Program-made: the position numbers and the translations under genes | Part shown: positions 60,727-64,000 of the stretch, in pieces | Layout: each line of letters opens with the position of its first letter | Position numbering within the stretch: the first letter of the stretch is position 1 | Notes under the pieces: generated by a model | The model's input: the letters and a program-made list of their open reading frames with translations, nothing else | Told to the model about the DNA's origin: nothing | The model's database searches: none | Source: Alphaproteobacteria bacterium | Lineage (GTDB): Bacteria > Pseudomonadota > Alphaproteobacteria > UBA828 | Length of the DNA: 64,000 bases | Direction: 5' to 3' | NCBI GenBank assembly: GCA_963422645.2 | Contig: CAXXVO010000005.1 | Location: 192,001 to 256,000, forward strand

Positions 60727-61441
60727 TGTGCTGGAGATGATGACCCAGCTGAAGCTCGCAGGTATGCGCGCCGCTTACGACGACATCCTTGCCGACGGGC
60801 TCAAGCGCCGCCATCCGGTGCAACAGATCATCGGTACGCTGCTGCAGGTCGAGATCGCCGACAAGAGGGCCCGCTCGATCAAGTACCAGATGGCCTCCGC
60901 CAAGCTGCCGACGGTCAAGGAGCTGGCCGACTTCGACTTCGCCGCCTCGCCGGTCAACGAGCCCCTGATCCAGGAGCTCGCCGGCGGCGGCTTCCTCGAG
61001 GGCAAACGCAACATCGTGCTGGTCGGCGGCACCGGTACCGGCAAGACCCATCTCGCCGTCGCCATCGCGCGGTCCTGCATCCGCAAGGGCGCGCGCGGCC
61101 GGTGCTACAACGTCGTCGACCTGGTCAACCTCCTCGAGGCCGAGCTTCGCGCCGGACGCCAGGGCCGCACTGCAGACCAGCTCGTCCGCCGCGACTTCGT
61201 CATCCTCGACGAGCTCGGCTACCTGCCCTTCGCCCAGGCCGGTGGGCAGCTGCTCTTCCATCTGATGAGCCGGCTCTACGAGCGCACCTCGATCGTCATC
61301 ACCACAAACCTCGCCTTCGGCGAATGGCCATCCGTCTTCGGCGACCCCAAGATGACCACAGCGCTGCTCGATCGCCTCACCCATCATTGCGAGATCATCG
61401 AGACCGGCAACGAGAGCTGGCGCTTCAAGAACCGCTCCTGA
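60713..61441 (+). CDS. istB: IS21 helper ATPase
   Basis: [23 protein letters not shown]. Confidence 0.95.
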   Translation: MERHDVLEMMTQLKLAGMRAAYDDILADGLKRRHPVQQIIGTLLQVEIADKRARSIKYQMASAKLPTVKELADFDFAASPVNEPLIQELAGGGFLEGKRNIVLVGGTGTGKTHLAVAIARSCIRKGARGRCYNVVDLVNLLEAELRAGRQGRTADQLVRRDFVILDELGYLPFAQAGGQLLFHLMSRLYERTSIVITTNLAFGEWPSVFGDPKMTTALLDRLTHHCEIIETGNESWRFKNRS

Positions 61442-61643
61442 CCCGCCGCCGGCCTCCCTTGCGGCCCGGTTGCCCCGGTGGGCCAACAGGGACCCCCCAC
61501 GCGGCTTCGCTCCGCGTAGCGCAGGGCGCCACACGAAGCCGCGCGGGTCCCCCCTATTGGCTACCGGGACAACCTCCGCCGTGCCACTCAGGGGGGTCAA
61601 TTTTGCACGCCGATCGGGGGTCAGTATTGAAAGCCGATTGACA

Positions 61644-62305
61644 ACCAGGCCCCAGAAGGCGAGGTAGGGGTCGTCCCAGCCGGGGTCGGCCTCCTCCACG
61701 GTGCAGCCGAGCTCGCTCTCGAACACGCGGGCGGCATCGCCCACGATCTGGCGCACCTCGGGATCGACAGCGGCGTAGCCCCAGTCCGCGCTGTAGGCGA
61801 CGCGGCAGCCCTTGAGGTCGGTGCCCACGTCGGTCCAGTCGAAGTCGGCGGCCGGGAGCGAGTGGCGGTCGCGGTCGTCGGGGCCGGCCATGACCGAGAG
61901 CATGAGTGCCGAATCGGCCACCGTCCGCGACAAGGGGCCGATATGTTCGATCCCCTCCCAGCTGGAGACGCCGGGGTAGCGCTCGTCCCGGCACCCGGGG
62001 TAGAGCGGCACTCGCCCCATCGACGCCTTGACCCCCACCAGCCCGCAGAAGGAGGCCGGGATGCGCACCGACCCGCCGCCGTCGCTGCCGACCGCGAGCG
62101 GCCCCATGCCTGAGGCCACCGCCGCGCCGGAGCCCGCGCTGGAGCCGCCGGGCGAGCGCTCCAGGTTCCATGGGTTGCGCGTCGACTCGAACACGGGGTT
62201 GTGGCTCGCGCCGCTGTAGCCGAACTCCGGCACGTTGGTCTTGCCCAGGATCACCGCGCCCGCGTCCCGCAGGCGCTCGACCACCACGTCGTCCTCCTCC
62301 GCCAC
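61644..62305 (-). pseudogene. Amidase-signature enzyme, internal fragment
   Basis: GKTNVPEFG, PGGSSAGS, GSDGGGSVRIPAS; cut at both ends by IS elements. Confidence 0.88.
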
Positions 62306-64000
62306 AAAACAGTCATGGTCCCCGCGGTTCTGAGCCACCCCGTGGCATGAAACAGGAGCGGTTCGGCTGACGTTTTCCTTGCGCTTGCACCCATTTGCCG
62401 TGTCAGGATGGGTATTGGCGGAGGTGGGGACGTGTGAGCGTCGTTATATCGGTGACGTAGTTCCCGATGACAAAACTGCTTCCGGCGGCCGGCTCCGCAC
62501 CCCGTATTGTACCCGGCCCGTGGCCGTGGACGCGCGGCAAATTGCACCGCACCCGCTCGTCGGATGCGTGTTCTTCCGACCGCTGTCCCCGCCTCCACCG
62601 TGGCGATGCCACGGCGTGATCGTACGCCGCCGTGGCGAGAGCGCAAATGAGGAGGAAGGCGATGAAGACGGAAGGCTTGCACGTCGTCCGGCCGCGCGCG
62701 GCGGGTCTGGACGTGCACAAGATGGAGATCACCGCGACGGTTCGCCTCTGTGAGGGCGAGGGTGAGCCGGTGGTGGAGACGCGCTGCTTCGGCACGCTGC
62801 CGAGCGGTCTGGAGGAGATGGTCGCGTGGCTGACCGGTCACGGCGTCGAGGCTGCGGTGATGGAAGGGACCGGGGTCTACTGGCAGGCGCCCTTCGCGGC
62901 CCTGGAGGCGGCCGGGCTCGAGGCGATCCTGGTGCATGCGCGTCAGGTGAAGCAGTTGAAGGGGCGCAAGACCGACGTGGCGGACAGCGTGTGGCTGGCC
63001 TGCGTGTGCCAGTTCGGGCTCTGCACGCCTTCCCACGTTCCGCCTGAGCCGTTCCGGGAGCTGCGCGCACTGAGCCGCCAGCGCCGCGTCCTGGTCAGGC
63101 AGCGCTCCGCCGTGCGCAACCGCGTGCAGAAGATCATCGACCGCGCCGGTGCGCGCATCGGCGGCATCCTCTCCGACGTCTTCGGCGTCAACGGCCGGAA
63201 GATCCTCGACGGCCTGGCGCAGGGGACGGCGCGCGAGGTCATCCTCGCCTCGCTCACCAGCCACGTTGCGAACAAGCTGGAGGGGCTCGGCGAGGCGCTC
63301 ACCCTGAGCCTGGGCGACAACGACCGCTTCATGCTCAACGACCTGCTGGAGGAGCATGACGCGCTTGAGGCGCGCATCGCGTCCTACACCAGGAAGATCG
63401 ACGGGCAGATGACACCGTGGGAGGAGCAGCTCCGTCTGCTGACCACCATCCCCGGCATCGACCGCACCGCCGCCTCGACCATCCTCATCGAGATCGGCCC
63501 CGACATCGGCGTGTTCGCCTCCAAGGAGCACTTCGCCGCCTGGGCCGGGCTCTGCCCCGGCAACAACGAGAGCGGGGGCAAGCGCCGCAACGCACGCACC
63601 CGCATGGGCTCCAAGACCCTGCGCGCCTGCCTCGTCGAGTGTGCCCACGGCGCGGCCCGAACCAAGGGGTGCCAGTTCGAGGCTCATCACCGCGCCCTCG
63701 CCGCCCGGCGCGGCTACAAGCGCGCCATCGTCGCCGGCGCTCACAAGATGCTGCGCATCATCTATGTGGTGCTCAAGACCGGCAGGCCCTACTACGACCG
63801 CACGGCCGACTACGACGCTCTGATGGTCAAGCGCAACGCTCCTCGGTGGATCCGCATGCTCCGCCGCTACGGCTACATCGAGCCCGTAGGCGCGGAACTC
63901 AAGGCCGCCTGAGCGGCCCGCATCTCGTCAGCCGGCTACGCGGGACCGCTTCGGACCACATCGGGGAAGTCCACCGCTCGTCTCCGCCGCGCCGACCCTG
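62306..64000 (+). mobile_element. IS110-family element (right end not resolved in the window)
   Basis: About 355-bp non-coding left end plus a DEDD recombinase; left boundary inferred from where amidase similarity stops. Confidence 0.8.
62662..63912 (+). CDS. IS110-family DEDD transposase/recombinase
   Basis: GLDVHK, MEGTGVYW, KTDVAD, IPGID, AGLCPGNNESGG. Confidence 0.95.
   Translation: MKTEGLHVVRPRAAGLDVHKMEITATVRLCEGEGEPVVETRCFGTLPSGLEEMVAWLTGHGVEAAVMEGTGVYWQAPFAALEAAGLEAILVHARQVKQLKGRKTDVADSVWLACVCQFGLCTPSHVPPEPFRELRALSRQRRVLVRQRSAVRNRVQKIIDRAGARIGGILSDVFGVNGRKILDGLAQGTAREVILASLTSHVANKLEGLGEALTLSLGDNDRFMLNDLLEEHDALEARIASYTRKIDGQMTPWEEQLRLLTTIPGIDRTAASTILIEIGPDIGVFASKEHFAAWAGLCPGNNESGGKRRNARTRMGSKTLRACLVECAHGAARTKGCQFEAHHRALAARRGYKRAIVAGAHKMLRIIYVVLKTGRPYYDRTADYDALMVKRNAPRWIRMLRRYGYIEPVGAELKAA

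Larger units (their letters stand above)
59096..61643 (+). mobile_element. IS21-family insertion sequence
   Basis: TG..CA ends with repeated AA(A/G/T)TGACCCC motifs at both ends; istAB; flanks do not match. Confidence 0.92.

Noticed and set aside
60629-62338. 569-aa amidase ORF
   Set aside because: Chimera of the IS110 end, an amidase fragment and antisense IS21 sequence

Overview
GC-rich alphaproteobacterial chromosome segment (Rhodospirillales-like, inferred from gcrA and the gene order). It holds housekeeping blocks (gcrA; acpS-lepB-rnc-era; plsY-dprA-topA-rnr; argD-argF), a CueR/CopA copper locus, and catabolic and transport genes. Mobile DNA and gene decay are abundant. (1) A 2.2-kb three-gene large-serine-recombinase element with perfect 20-bp inverted ends splits an NCS2 permease, and its recombinase has no stop codon before the element boundary. 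(2) IS1634 splits a leuD-like gene. (3) A decayed Mu-like transposable prophage end sits in a cupin gene and carries a QueC-like gene as its terminal ORF. (4) IS21 joins the phage remnant to an amidase fragment. (5) An IS110 has a long non-coding left end. There are also a sodC remnant, an internally deleted BrnT toxin and an unusual RHH/Mrr_N-like antitoxin paired with VapC. All calls come from reading motifs by eye; no database searches were run.
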